From positions 128,001 to 192,000 of the forward strand of contig AL929603.2 in assembly GCA_000002445.1 (NCBI GenBank): DNA of 64,000 bases, given 5' to 3'. Under the pieces are notes generated by a model that was not told the origin of the DNA, did not search any database, and saw only the letters and a list, made by a program, of their open reading frames with translations. Positions within the stretch are counted from its first letter, which is position 1, and each line of letters begins with the position of its first letter. A program made the position numbers and the translations under genes. The DNA is from Trypanosoma brucei. Lineage: Eukaryota. Positions 12,214 through 25,022 of the stretch are shown in pieces.

Positions 12214-15200
12214 TTAACGGATATGCACCCTCTTTTTTCTCAGTTCAACATAAACATCAAACCAGCCATACACGTTCCTGAGATCAACCCAAGAAAGACA
12301 TGGCAATTCCAAAAGACTCCTGAATCCTTCTCTGAGCCTTCTGACATCATGGCTCTGACTGAGATGCAATTTTTTAATTGATTTTATTCTCCCAAGTGGT
12401 GTAATATCATTAAGATTTTTACAATAAGAAAGATTGAGCTCCTCAATGGTATGGGGTGGTTGAATTTCCCTGAGGTCTTCATCTGTAATGAGAGAATCCA
12501 TAAGGTTAAGAATGCGTAACCTCGGAAGAGTGAAAAGTGCACTAAACCCCTGCGTTAGCTCGTCGCATTCCCCTATATGCAACTCCTCCAGTGTCTTGAT
12601 ATTAGCAAGACATGAAGCATCGGTCATATCACACGATTCAAGGTTGAGTGTGACGAGGGATTTGCATCTGCTGATATAATATCCACCGTCACGCGTCGTA
12701 ACACTGGTGGATTCCAAGTTGAGCACACGAAGTCGTGGTAATTCGCTTAGTGCTTCCCAGCCTGAAGTTATGCGGTGACATCCGCTCAGATTCAATTCCT
12801 CCAGTGCCGTAAGGTTTGATATACTAGATATGTCTGTTAGTTTAAAATTGTAGCGTAGGTTGAGTGACGTAATGAATCGGGACAGACAAATTTCATCAAG
12901 TGTGTTATCGCTAATGTCAGATAAACCCAGATCCAGCGATCTAAGCCGTGGCAGTTTCCCAAGTGTCCAAGCTCCTTCCAGGGTATCACCGCAATCCCGC
13001 AATGACAATTCCTCAAGGGATGTGATGTTGGAGAGGGGTGTTGCGTCTGTTAACTCCTCGCGCGTTTCAATATTAAGCCTCACGAGAGATTTGCTCGTTC
13101 CAATAGATTCAACAGATATATCACTACCTCTCGCATTTCGCAGATGGAGAAAACGCAACCGTGACAGTGTACCAAGGGCATTCAGTCCCTTTAGGCCGTC
13201 TGAGTACTTCCTAACTATCAGCTCCTCCAGTGATTGAATCTCATACACCACCGTAACATCTGACAACTTCTCACACCGGAAAAACTGCAGTTTCACCAGC
13301 TTTTTGCAACTGCTGAGGCAAGCTATATCTTTAGCGGTGATGTTAGTATCAGATAGAATTGCTACACGTAGTAGAGGCAGCTTTCCGAGCGACTCCCAGC
13401 CTTTTCGTATTCCATTGCAAAAGTTAACATTCAGTTCCTCCAGTGTCGATAAGGAAGATAATACTGATATATCGGTTACCCATTTGCAATGTGATAAGTT
13501 GAGTGACTGCAGCGATTTTGATTCGGAAATATTTTTAGTTACATCATCATTGATATCCGTATATTTCAGATTCAGTACTCGAAGACGCGGCAGACAGGAA
13601 AATGACAGTACATCATATATTCCACACACAGAATCAAGTACCAGTTCCTCCAGCGTCGCAATGTTAGAGAGAGCTTTCACAGATATGAATCCCATTGACC
13701 TCTCAAGATTCAGTTTCACAAGTGACTTACTATTCCCAAGGATGGAACATTGTTGTGCATCACTGTCTCCCATGTAACATTCCTTCATGCTCAGGATACG
13801 TACCTTGGGAAGCTTTCCAAGAGTTTCAATACCTTTTCTGATGTTATGGCAACAATCAAGGTTCAACTCCTCAAGCATAGTAATGGTAGAAAGTGCTGTG
13901 ACGTCTGTTATATCTTTGCAAAACGCAAGGTTGAGTGTATTCAAAGACTTGCACTCGCTAACGTGCTGTATGTTTTCATCATTAATGCGTGTATTCGACA
14001 GTGTGGCCACACGCAGTTGGTGAAGTGTGCCAAATACATTCCAACCGGATGTTACATTACAGCAGTTGTCAATGTTGAGTTCCTCCAATGCTGTAAGGGA
14101 AGCTATTGCAGAAATAGATGTTATTTTCTTGCAATGCGAAAGATTTAATGATACAAGTGGGCTTGAGCATGTGCAGATATTCTCAAGGGAATTATCATCA
14201 ACTTGTGTCCGTCCCAAATCCAGTACACGAAGCTGCAGTAGCCTGCCCAGTGTTCCCATTCCAGAGGTTACTTTGTCACAGTAGTGGAGATTCAGTTCCT
14301 CAAGTGTAACAAGGTTTGAGAGAGGCGTGACACCACCGAACCCTTTGCAGTTCTCAAGACTGAGCCTTACAAATGAGTTACCATTCCCTAGTGAACCAAT
14401 AACTGAATCTTCCAACTGTACACCCTTTATGTTCAACACACAAAGCCGTGGCAACTCTCCAAGAACGCTCAGCCCTTTTCTGATGTTTGAACAACTATCA
14501 AGATTCAACTCCTCAAGCGTAGTGATGTTAGAGAGAGTTGTAACATCAAGTAACTTATTGCAGAAAGAAAGATCAAGCGTAACAAGGTTTTTGCACTTGC
14601 TGAAATGGGATATGTCTCTATCAGTAATATGTGTATTCGAGAGGATTGCCACATGTAGCTGCTGAAGTTTTTCAATTGCTTCCCATCCTGCATTTATCCT
14701 AATACAGTTGCTCAGATTCAGTTCATTCAATGCTTCGAGGCTTGAAATATGGGACACATTTGTCATTTTCCAACAATGGGAAAGGTTGAGGGACACCACT
14801 GTCTGCGATAGGCATAAACTTCTGAGAGACTCATTGTCGGTATTTGTGCCAGACAGGTCCAACATTTTAAGCTGTGGCAGGTTTCCGAGACATCCAATTC
14901 CTGCGTCAATACCCGTGCAGCCGTGAAGGCTTAGTTTTTCCAGAGTCAAAATGTTGGCGAGTGCTTCCACATTACTCAGTCCCGTGAAACTCTCCAGAGT
15001 TAACTGTAAAAGGGATTTTGAGGCACCAATACCAATAAAGTCAAGGGACGAGATGTGTACCTCCTTTACGTTAAGCACACGCAGGTATGGCAGTGTACCA
15101 AGGCAACCCACACCACTAATGATGTCAGCACATTTTTGAATATTCAGCTCCTCGAGTGTAACAATGCTGGATAAGAGTGTCATATCACCAAAGCCTGCGC

Positions 15201-16395
15201 AGTTATCAAGACTGACCTTTACAAGTAATCCACCAGTCCCAACTGAATCGAGAGATGGCTCGCTCAGGTGCACATCCTTCATGTGCAATATACGGAGTCT
15301 TGGTAATGCCCACACAACGCCTATCCCTCGTGTTATTCGGCGACAACCGTTAAGGTTCAATTCCTCAATAGCAGTGGCATTGGAGAGTGGATTGATATCT
15401 GTCAGCTGAATACAATAAGAAATGTTCAGCCTTTCAAGCGATCCACAGTCACACAAATCCTTCAGACAATTATCTTCCACAGGAACACCACTCAAGTCAA
15501 GTATACGCAGTCGCAACAACATGCCAAGTGTTCCTATTCCCTTCGTTATGTGGCAATTGCTTAGATTCAACTCTTCCAGTGCTGCAAGTTGTGAAATCGG
15601 TGTTGCGTCCGTGACATTGTTGCATTCAGATACACTCAGTTTGGACAGTTTAACACATGCACTTATTTCCTCCACACAGCTGTCGTCAATATTTGTGGAA
15701 TTTAACTCAAGACACTTTAGGTTAGTTAAGCGAGAGATTTCCCTGATATTTGTCAGTTGCATGGTGTCAGTAATAGCCAACTCCTCCAATGTTCCAACAC
15801 TGAATAAGTGACGGGCGTCATTGTTGTCAATATTGTTGCTCCTGAGACGAAGCCTTTTCAACATATCAAGGTTATTCAAAGATATCATATTCACAAGTTT
15901 ACCATGTGGATATTCAATGCGTAACTCTTCTAACTGTTTTAGCTTACTGACTCCTTGTAAGTCGAAGTTCTCATCCTTTGATAGCGCAATGGTTAATTTC
16001 TTAGCTTGAATGCGGCCACAGAGTGAGGAAAGAGCACCTTCATATAGTCCTTCGTCACTGAAGGCATTATCAGCAGCATTATATAATGTTACTCTATGTA
16101 TGCATTCAGTGTCATCACACACACCACCTTGCCTTTCGCCACTCATAGCTGTGAGATTACTCATGAAACACCTAAGTGCCTTCACACTGCTTTCCAGCCG
16201 TGTCGTTTGTTTAATCAATTTCTTATGCTCATTCAGTAATGATACCACAGTTTCATCATTACTGGCGTCACGCGTCTCTTCGGTGATTGTAATGGTGGTG
16301 AGTTTATTTTGTTCAGTAGTTGATGGTTCCTTTAAAGCTTCTGACTGCTCAGGTGATGAGCTGCGCTGTCGCTTTCTTCCTTGGTTTCCTGACAT
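12214..16395 (-). CDS. Leucine-rich repeat protein (LRRP, ESAG8-like LRR units, ~1393 aa from Met 'MSGNQGRKRQRSS'); ORF is open further upstream to 16560 but that is probably 5' UTR
   Basis: 4.2-kb uninterrupted ORF; ~45 tandem ~24-aa units of form L..L.EL(N/D)L..C..I(T/R).G......L..L; N-terminal basic NLS-like RKRQR and coiled-coil-like segment; no C-terminal RING (so not ESAG8 itself); polypyrimidine tract + AG upstream of ATG. Confidence 0.8.
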   Translation of the reverse strand: MSGNQGRKRQRSSSPEQSEALKEPSTTEQNKLTTITITEETRDASNDETVVSLLNEHKKLIKQTTRLESSVKALRCFMSNLTAMSGERQGGVCDDTECIHRVTLYNAADNAFSDEGLYEGALSSLCGRIQAKKLTIALSKDENFDLQGVSKLKQLEELRIEYPHGKLVNMISLNNLDMLKRLRLRSNNIDNNDARHLFSVGTLEELAITDTMQLTNIREISRLTNLKCLELNSTNIDDSCVEEISACVKLSKLSVSECNNVTDATPISQLAALEELNLSNCHITKGIGTLGMLLRLRILDLSGVPVEDNCLKDLCDCGSLERLNISYCIQLTDINPLSNATAIEELNLNGCRRITRGIGVVWALPRLRILHMKDVHLSEPSLDSVGTGGLLVKVSLDNCAGFGDMTLLSSIVTLEELNIQKCADIISGVGCLGTLPYLRVLNVKEVHISSLDFIGIGASKSLLQLTLESFTGLSNVEALANILTLEKLSLHGCTGIDAGIGCLGNLPQLKMLDLSGTNTDNESLRSLCLSQTVVSLNLSHCWKMTNVSHISSLEALNELNLSNCIRINAGWEAIEKLQQLHVAILSNTHITDRDISHFSKCKNLVTLDLSFCNKLLDVTTLSNITTLEELNLDSCSNIRKGLSVLGELPRLCVLNIKGVQLEDSVIGSLGNGNSFVRLSLENCKGFGGVTPLSNLVTLEELNLHYCDKVTSGMGTLGRLLQLRVLDLGRTQVDDNSLENICTCSSPLVSLNLSHCKKITSISAIASLTALEELNIDNCCNVTSGWNVFGTLHQLRVATLSNTRINDENIQHVSECKSLNTLNLAFCKDITDVTALSTITMLEELNLDCCHNIRKGIETLGKLPKVRILSMKECYMGDSDAQQCSILGNSKSLVKLNLERSMGFISVKALSNIATLEELVLDSVCGIYDVLSFSCLPRLRVLNLKYTDINDDVTKNISESKSLQSLNLSHCKWVTDISVLSSLSTLEELNVNFCNGIRKGWESLGKLPLLRVAILSDTNITAKDIACLSSCKKLVKLQFFRCEKLSDVTVVYEIQSLEELIVRKYSDGLKGLNALGTLSRLRFLHLRNARGSDISVESIGTSKSLVRLNIETREELTDATPLSNITSLEELSLRDCGDTLEGAWTLGKLPRLRSLDLGLSDISDNTLDEICLSRFITSLNLRYNFKLTDISSISNLTALEELNLSGCHRITSGWEALSELPRLRVLNLESTSVTTRDGGYYISRCKSLVTLNLESCDMTDASCLANIKTLEELHIGECDELTQGFSALFTLPRLRILNLMDSLITDEDLREIQPPHTIEELNLSYCKNLNDITPLGRIKSIKKLHLSQSHDVRRLREGFRSLLELPCLSWVDLRNVYGWFDVYVELRKKRVHIR

Positions 16396-16479
16396 TGTAG
16401 TTCCCGTTTCCGATTCCTTGAGGTGCTGAGTGTTGAGGAAATGCTTTTTCTTTTTTAATAATAGAACTAAGCGATGAAT

Positions 16480-16530
16480 CAAACGAGGGGGGGAAGTGTT
16501 ATAAGGAAGTAATTGAGGTGCATGCCAAAA
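16480..16530 (-). promoter_or_regulatory. Putative trans-splice acceptor region (polypyrimidine tract + AG) for LRRP
   Basis: Mirror of 53721..53763 'cttccttataacacttccccccctcgtttgattcatcgcttAG' ~80 nt upstream of ATG; typical kinetoplastid SL-addition context. Confidence 0.3.
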
Positions 16531-19500
16531 TGTGTTATGGTCAGTAATCCTAACCTTCATTCAGCAGTCTTTGGGCACAAAAGAAATGATAAATGTAATG
16601 AGGTTTTTTGTATATATAAAGAAATCAATAAAGTGTGGCAAAAATATACTGTTTATTATTCTCAGTTGCTTACACGCTTAGCAGCCACAAGGGATTAATT
16701 TTATTCTCGTTGTTGTATTTATGAATTACTGACCCAGTGCCTGAAGCACGCAGCAACAGTAGTTTCTGACAGTAGTATCAGGAAGTCTTTGCACTTCCCT
16801 AAACCGGAAGCTAACCTTCGCCTTCACGACCTTCCCTTGCAGAGCAACTAGCATATAATCGTGATGCATTGATGCCGCGGCATGGAAAGTAAGGTGACAC
16901 TTGCCTTCCCTTTCATTGGCTGCAATATTTTCCAAAAGCACGGCACACACAACCACAAAGCTGTTAGAATAATTCCAACCCTCACTCTCTCCACGAGCCA
17001 CCCATCTACGGTAGTGGCCTGAAATTTCAATTAATGTCATTGCGTGAGCCCAAACGCAGTGACAAAACGGAAAGCGAAGACACATGGAAACACCTCCAGG
17101 ATATGACACATACGCTTTATTTACCTCGGCCACAGAAACCAATTGAAACATCTACTGTGAAAACTGAAGGGACAACAGTAATTAGGGAGACATATGGGCA
17201 CTACGGTTTCCGATTAACTGTGGACAGGCGGAAATGTGCTGATTGAGCGTCTTAGATAATCACCGTTACGGGCGGGGAAATTCCATTCCCAAACTTTGCG
17301 TCCCGGTCCCTTTTTCCAGGTATTGAAATATCTCTATAAGAAGCTTGGCACTCGTGTTTGTGTATGCAGTGATTTGTGTTCAAATAAAACGAGTGTAAAG
17401 CACTCATATATACTAAACCGTTAAGGCATCACAAAAACGATATCGACCTAATAAAAAGAATGGTAAATATTGTCATCTTCCGAACAGTTTCTGTCCATCA
17501 TCCTTTTTCATACTCCCTCAAAAAGTAATGAACCTCCATACGCATACACAATATTATCTAGGAGCATTGGAAACAACTCCAGGCCAAGTGCAGTTTGGAT
17601 CAACTTTTTCCTGCTTCTTAAATCATTCTTTAGTATGTTGGTTAATACGAAAATATCAGCCGGGTTGTGCTCTTACATTCTGCATGAAATGGATTCAGAG
17701 CAGCTCAATATATATTTTCCCTGTTTCGCATGCTTCCTGTAGACTATCATCCTCACTCGCAAGATCACGCGCATAACTGTATTTTGTTGCATACACCTGG
17801 AAGAGTGTCTTATAGCTTAACAAAAGGGTAAGCGAAGCTATCAGGTTGAACATACACGGATGCATATGCTTTGGTTTCACATAAGCCAACTATACTGAAT
17901 ACTGGTTGTTGGTTGCTCAAACCATGTCTCCATGTCCATACACCTTACAATAGGTTAACTCCTCAGTCACTTAATGGAGTTGACAGGTCTGATGTACGGC
18001 TGTTCAATGAAGGCATGAAGTATCTGCATTCCTAATCTCTCCTTAGATTAAGTCTCGTAAATACAGTTTCCTTGAAAGAAATGTTTCACCTGTATACAGT
18101 TTATGCGGACACGGGAATTTAAGAGGGAGATTTGGACTCTCATTATTTGTTCCGCATTTGAAACGATTCCGCCATTCCCCTATGCTGCAGTTATGAAGCA
18201 GCACTGTAATCATCATGATGTGACATTATTTGATACGCAGTATTGCCGCTTACTCACAATGCCTTTTTGCAGACCCGTCTCCATTATCATTTTTCGGATT
18301 CGTGACAACCGCAACATGGATTCAAAACAGCTTTACGGACAATTTGCGAAACTGTGCGTGATGATACCGTAACTTTGCCAAACAGAGCTGGCAAACCATG
18401 TTAACGTCAGAAAGGAAACCAGTTACCCCACATCTACTCGGAGTGAGGGGGAAAGGAACTCTCAACAGAAATCACTGTAATGTGCCGAATCCACTAGAAT
18501 GATTGCACATTAACAGATGCTACTATCAAATGCACATCCCAACATAAACGACAAAAATACACAGCGGTCCTATCAGTCTAACGTAATCAAGGCGTTCTGT
18601 CACATGGCTATGATCCATGAGCTTTCATGCTTCAAATAATAAAGGAGACATTGCGTTGTGCTCAGTTTGCATGCACGCGAAGGGATGCAGTAAGGCAGTC
18701 CGGCATTTTTTTACACAAAAAAAGACCACGTGGGTCACCAGGTCTGTTCAACATTTTAATTCTTTGAGTTAACCTTCAGATTCCATTGCTATTCAGAAGA
18801 ATCCACGAAACGGTGAGCTTTACACACCATCCATAATCCCCGATATTCCAGTTGGGAGCAGCTGCTGAGTAGAGGGTGAGATGCCGCCCAGCTCTCCATT
18901 TTCGCACGTTTGCCGACTGCACATGGTCGTGAGGTTCCTTCGGTCGAATAGCTTTAAGATCCTTAATACAAATCGTGTGACCTTCCAAAGGAACAGAGTC
19001 ACTTTGCTGGCGCGTTTGTTAGCTCCATTTCTCATTTATATTTTGTATACGGAGCATACGAGTATATGAGAAATAAAGTACAGGCACCCTACTTTCAACT
19101 ATTCGCAGGATCCACCACTCTTCTAACCATGCATCCAACTCAGGCTTTTAGTCACCACAGACCTCGCTGATATAATGCCTTCAGACTTCTGCACACGTCA
19201 GCATCACTCTGTCGCATTGCGCTCTTTCCTTGAGTTTGAAAAAGTCTCTGAAGGCAGTGACGGGCCCATAACAGTCATGTCTGATTCGTTGCAACAGTTC
19301 CTCCTGTGCCGTGCCGCCATACCACACATGTCATATGCCGTAGGTTTTAGCGGATGGCTGCTCGGGAGTCTTGGCACCGCCCCCCTGCCTTTTTTACTCC
19401 GCCATTCCTTCCGCTGTGCCTTTCACCCCTTCTTTGACATTCACTGCGTTCATATGTAAGCCGCCACTCCACACTTGAAGCTGTCCAGTTTCTGAGGATT

Positions 19501-22500
19501 CGTTGCGGTAGTGACATGCTTCCAAGCGCTGGATAATATTCCTTCCGTCGTGTCACCTGCCGCGTATCCAGCATTTGAGCGTTTGAGCTGCGAGTATTTG
19601 GTTACTTTTATGTGGACTTTCTGATTTGGGGTGGCTGTGGCCTGTTGTTGGTTTTTTTTTGGTTGGCATCCCGCAGCCCTCTGTCCCTAATTCGTTGGCG
19701 CTGCCAGTTGTTGTTTTACGGACAGAAATTCCGGACAGGGTTTCTAAACGGAATTGGACGCTTCTCATATTCGCTGCTCTGACATCGTTATCATATTTAG
19801 TGGTCTCTTTTCTTACATTTCCCCACATTCCACAAACAGCGATGCCTCCCCTTGCTCGCTCACATGTCGCGGTCCATCCACCTTGCCAGTTGGTAATTGC
19901 GGTTTCAGCGCCACAACCCACACATTGTTCCGCTTTTTCTCCCCAACGTTTTTGCTTTGGGGGTGGCGGTAGTTCTTTGCGTTTCAACGCATTTCGGGGG
20001 GTTGCAGCAAAACAAAAAAAAAAAAGAATCGCGACGTCTACATCATATTCTGCCGTCACGGCTCTGTGGGAGGCATCCCTCTCTCGAAACTCAACTGGTG
20101 GTTTCTCCGCATTCCACAAAATCAACGCGACTGATGCGCAGCTGCTCTATTTTAACAGCGCCGCGCCGCTCCTCCTTTGCCGCTTCGTTTCCACCATCCT
20201 GTAGAATTGGTGGGGATGGGGGCGGGGCGGGTGCGTGACAAGTGACTTTCACAATTGGAGTCGGGCATCACGTTTGTTAAATGTGCTTTTAACGGCACCT
20301 AAAGTTAGTGGGGTGACAATGATTGCTGTTGTGTATTTGTATGTACTTAAATGACACTAGCGGCTGGGCTGTAAGTGGTTACGTGTGGTTTCCTCTTTGT
20401 GAGTTTGGAGTCAGCTGGGCAGCAAATATTCGACGCGTAGATATCACCTGTGTGTGTTGATACTCTTAGTTCTAGGCTAGCAGTTTGTTGAAACGGCACG
20501 TGAAGGAATATATTTTTTTCTTTTTCTTTAAATAGCAAATACATTGCTTTGCAAAGGTCTCATGTGCGGAGTGTTTCGTCAAGTGACTTTAACTGTGGGA
20601 TTGAAGCCGCTGATATCGTTTCTAGTGTTGCATGCAGTCGAAGAGCCATTGTTTTTTCTTGCACATTGACAGACGCTCATTTGTAAGAAGGGTTGTGTGG
20701 TTAACTTCTTTGTTCGTTCTTTTTTGAAGGATGTCTGGACCCTGTTGGTGAGGTCTTGATTATTTTCATCCTGTTTTCTTCTGCAAGCATAACTGCTCAA
20801 TGAAATAAGAAAGTTGTTTTGCCGCGGCACCATGGCGAAAATTTAGCACTGACGAGGACAGTGACAGGAAATACGGATTGGTTTCTTGTAATAACTTTCA
20901 CAAAAAGTATCATTTATAAACATGGATAAAAATAGATAGAATCAGAAGAAGTCAAAAAATAAAAAATAAAAAAACACTGAGTAGACTACGGTACAAGCTT
21001 CATAATATATTCCTACGATTCAAAAAGCTAGTTATCCGCTACAACCCATGTATTCTTCTTTTTATTTTTTGTTTGCGCAAAAAGGAAAAAAAAAGGCGAA
21101 TGACATCCTTTGTAGTGCAACAGTGCTTAACATCTGAGACATGTTAATACCGCATTCCGAGTCAAGGGACTGCCGATTACATTTCATCATCACTACACAC
21201 ACACACACAGACATACTAAATATTAGAATGATTATGTTAAGGAGATGGCGCATACGTATATTCGAGTTGTATTAGCTTTACCACATATGCGTGTTATGCA
21301 CCCTTTGTAATTCAAGTGTGAGGGTGGCGAATTATAATATGTGGTAAATATTTGTATCATATATATTTGTGTTTTTATAAGTTTCAATTTTATTTATGTT
21401 TCTATTTTTGGTTAATTTGTGCTTACATCACCAGTAACATCCTTTACTGTTTCCCTGTTTGAACATTTTGTGTTTGCATCTGAAATTCACAAACAAGTTA
21501 TAATCTGTATTAAAAAACTGTGTTCTTTACATTACCTTTTGTTTGATTCTTTTTTTTCCTTTTCCAAAGCTTCATGTAATGATGCAAAATAGAAATAATT
21601 TGATTCTATTATTCTTAGGAGGAGTGTAATATCATAGGTTTGTGATAATTTATATGTTAAGCAATATTCTGTCCAAATTATGTAGGAGGATATATATATA
21701 TATTATTTGTATTGTGACATATGGAATCCTGAAAGCATATGAAAGAAATTGCAGTAATTCTCTGTGAATTATATAAGTGTGGAAAGGCATGAAAGGAGAC
21801 CATGTGAGGAAAATTGGGAACTTATGGATTATAAGTACCATCACATTTCTGTGCAATTCCACCATGTGTTGAATTATACAAAAAGTTTCTTTTAATCACT
21901 GCTGAACTGCAAATATAGTGAAGGAAATATCTCAAAGATATTGTCCCAATGATTTGTTTGTTTGTTTATTTGTGGAAAATAGTTTCGTAATGATGTATTT
22001 GGCAAATTAAAAACTTTATGGATGATTAGTGTACACTGCTACACAAGAAACTGAATGCAGAAGGAAATGAAGTTATTTTTATTTTGTGAACGATATTGAG
22101 GAATCTTATATGTGGAATACTTCCAGCATGAGAGAATAAGAAAATATGTAAAAATGCAAAATGACTTACAGTTGTATTGTAAAGAATAATGAATGATACT
22201 CATGAGTTACAGTAACACAAGAAATAAAATAAGGAAGACACTTCTTATATTAAATTGCAACATGCGTAGTAACACTTTACCAATATGGCTTCATATACCT
22301 CATGTAGTTTATGCATATATTTCAAAAATGGAAACCCGTTGCTATCATTTTCAGATACTCAATATTTATGCGGGATTATTTCCTATTGGAAGCAGCGAGT
22401 TTATTTTTGCAGCTATGAAGTTTGGGTGAATGGATTGCACTCATCTGTCAGTAAATGAATTCGGATGTTATTTTTATTTTTTATTGCATGCAGCTGTCGC

Positions 22501-22849
22501 TTTGTGTTATGAATTCTCGAGCATGTCAAAGTTATCATCAGTAACTTCATTCATGCATATAAAAGTGTAATCAGGCATTGGAAATGTAATTGATGGTAGC
22601 AAACAACCATTCAATACCTATTTTTGAAAATGTTATATGAGTTACACTTCCTTTAAATTGTACTGCATGCAATGCCCATCATAACATATGTATGAGATTA
22701 TGTGAATTATTTTCTCTTGCTTAATACGTGTCTGGTTTGAATTGTGAAGATAATGTTTTATATTTATTTTTACTTTTGGTATTTTTTTTAATTTTGTAAG
22801 GTAAGTAAGGCACGTACTATTTTGTATGCAACCGAGTATTCTACGTTTT

Positions 22850-23290
22850 GCATAGCTTATCACTAAAACTATTGTTTCCTATTCCTCAATGTAATGTCAA
22901 ACTATTTTATTTGCTTTTCAATACATATATATCTAAGTATATTATTTTTTTTCTCTCTGAAATGATTGTGTTTTATGAATGGGAATTGTTGTTTGAGTTT
23001 TCCTCCAAACAGAAATGTTTATTCATACTGTCATACCTTATTTGTGCTAAGTTGCTGTGAGTTCTTAACACATGATAAGATTTGTATTGAATCCTAATTT
23101 TAGTAAATAGTTTCCATCTGCCATATTAATTCCTAATATTCATTGATTTTATATTTGATTTGGTTTAGAAACGTATCCATTTTAAATTCTCTCATCTTAA
23201 TTTTTTTCATTATTTATGTTACAAAGAAAGGAAATAACACAACGCACTCAATTAAGATTATTATTCAGAGAGTGAAATGAATCAACAGGT
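22850..23290. repeat. RHS upstream/5'UTR region, direct repeat with 27965..28397 (~85% identity)
   Basis: Shared strings '...cttttcaatacatatata...ggaattgttgtttgagttttcctcc...gaaatgtttattcatactgtcatacctta...tttagtaaata...catctgccatattaattcctaatattcatt...gatttggtttagaaacgtatccattttaaattctctcatcttaatttttttcattatttatgttacaaagaaaggaaataacacaacgcactcaattaagattattattc.gagagtgaaATGaatca'. Confidence 0.85.
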
Positions 23291-25022
23291 TCCTATTGAA
23301 GGAAGGGGTGACATTGAGGGAAGGAGACGAGAGCGTGAGGAGGCTGCGCGTAACGATGCGGAACCTCCAGCAGTGCAGCAACGAGTGGAGAATAACAACC
23401 AACCACAATGGAGAATTTTCAGCCGCGTTGACGCAGTTTTGCTGAATGGTCTGCCACATCCTGAAAATGTGAGTGTAAATGATTTTTTGAGGCGTAATTT
23501 ACTCGATATTATCGACTTGGATCAACGTCTCCTGAGAGCATCAATGTTTGCCTTTGTACAACGATGCGAAGAGTATATTAATGATGTTAATGCGCTCAAT
23601 CGAATATTCGCGACACCAGAGTATAAAGTGTACAAACGTTTTGTCAGCGTCTATGGTTTCCTTGAGGATGAGGGAATATTGAGTCTTCAGCGCTGGCAAC
23701 AAGCAGATGAGGTAGTAAAGGCCAGGTTACTGGTGAATATTCGTGGACTGAGAGATGGAGGGCGGCTTTGGATTATTGTCACTAACATGTTGAATGATGC
23801 ACTCGATGAAGCATTGCAAGGAGCTGTCCTAGCAGCTGGTGGTGCTGTCGAACTGAAAGGATTGTATGAATCCATATATAATGCGAAATGGAGTTATGTA
23901 ATGTCGGGTTATCGTAGAGAACCACTTGGAATGAAAGTGTTCGATGGAAGACCACAGCGCATATGGACCGAAGCGGAGGTTGATATAACTCCTGACCCTG
24001 CGAATCTTGATGCACGAGTGCCGGAGAGACCTTATGGTTTAGAGATTTTTTGTTCTCACTTCGGAGAAAGGTTGGCCAAACAACAGGTTTGCATTGGGCC
24101 ACACTGAGGGGTGCAGGGAAAAATTTAAACATGTATATATCCGTCGTGAAATTATGCGCGTGTGGTATATAATCCAACGAGGGTTGCAAGGAAGGTGGTT
24201 GGAAAAGACAGCCCACAGACCACCGATACATATTGTTATTGGCACACCTGGTATTGGTAAATCATTTGGCCTTGGATCATTTTTGCTTCATTCCCTGCTT
24301 CACTTCCATGAAGGAATGTTTGATGTTGTTGCATATTTCACAGACGGGATAGCCTACTTAATATATAACAGAAAGGGTGATGAAAGAGGGAGGGTTGTGC
24401 GGTACGAATGTTTGAGAGCTGCTGTCAACGCCATAAATAATATGAAATTTGAAAACACAGGACACATCATTATGGACATGAGGTACGCAATGCAGCAGCT
24501 TTACACTCAACTTCCCTCTGATGTTTGGAGTGTAACTATTTTCACTTCTCCGAATTGTGTCCGTTTTGATGAATGGACTAAAAATACGGGAGGCCGCCAA
24601 ATTATTATAAACTGCGATGATGTGCGTGACATAAAGGCATTTGTGGCATGGAAAAAACTGTCAATACATGCAAGGGAAAAGGTATTCAACAGAAGAAGGC
24701 ACGAATTGAGGAAGGAAATGGAAGATAAGTGTAAAGAATAGTGGAGGGACGTATTAATTCAATTGGGCTTTTGCCTCGTTATATATTTGGTTTAAGCTGT
24801 TATGAATGGCGTCTGAAAAGAGTTCATGATGCGTTGGAAACTATGAAGAAGTCGGATGAATATTCCTATAATGATATTATTAAGCATACGGCTGCCTGGA
24901 AGAACAATGAAGTTACGGAAAAGTTAGTGAAGGTTGTAAGAGTGAAGGCAGATGTTGGTGGAATCGAATCATACAGTTGCCAAGCTCCATCACTGATGAT
25001 TAGAAATATGATGATGAGTTAA
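23277..25022 (+). pseudogene. RHS pseudogene (two frameshifts: 23277..24107, 24094..24741, 24741..25022; C-terminally short)
   Basis: N-terminal RHS domain + 'ELKGLYESIYNAKWSYVMSGY', P-loop 'IVIGTPGIGKSFGLGSFLLHSLL' in second frame; reading frame broken twice. Confidence 0.75.

Larger units (their letters stand above)
6724..22727. repeat. Left arm (~16.0 kb) of giant inverted repeat; partner 47515..63470; symmetry axis ~35121
   Basis: Mirror ORF pairs with coordinate sums ~70235-70243 (12214..16560-/53680..58029+, 16726..17151-/53089..53451+, 19553..20125-/50117..50338+, 21650..21865-/48376..48720+, 22193..22429+/47809..48036-, 8015..8227+/62008..62220-); identity breaks at ~22727/47515. Confidence 0.9.

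Noticed and set aside
12488-16429. Chain of 60-157-aa ORFs on the + strand opposite the left LRRP gene (and a mirror chain on the - strand at 53811..57341)
   Set aside because: These are antisense reading-frame artefacts of a long, highly repetitive LRR coding sequence. They are low-complexity Ser/Leu-rich, and the sense strand carries a 4.2-kb uninterrupted ORF.
18103-18372. 89-aa ORF conserved in both arms (mirror 51872..52141), plus other 60-140-aa intergenic ORFs (16726..17151, 17034..17246)
   Set aside because: The arms are ~97% identical at the DNA level, so ORF preservation carries no weight. I recognise no domains or motifs in them. They are left unannotated.
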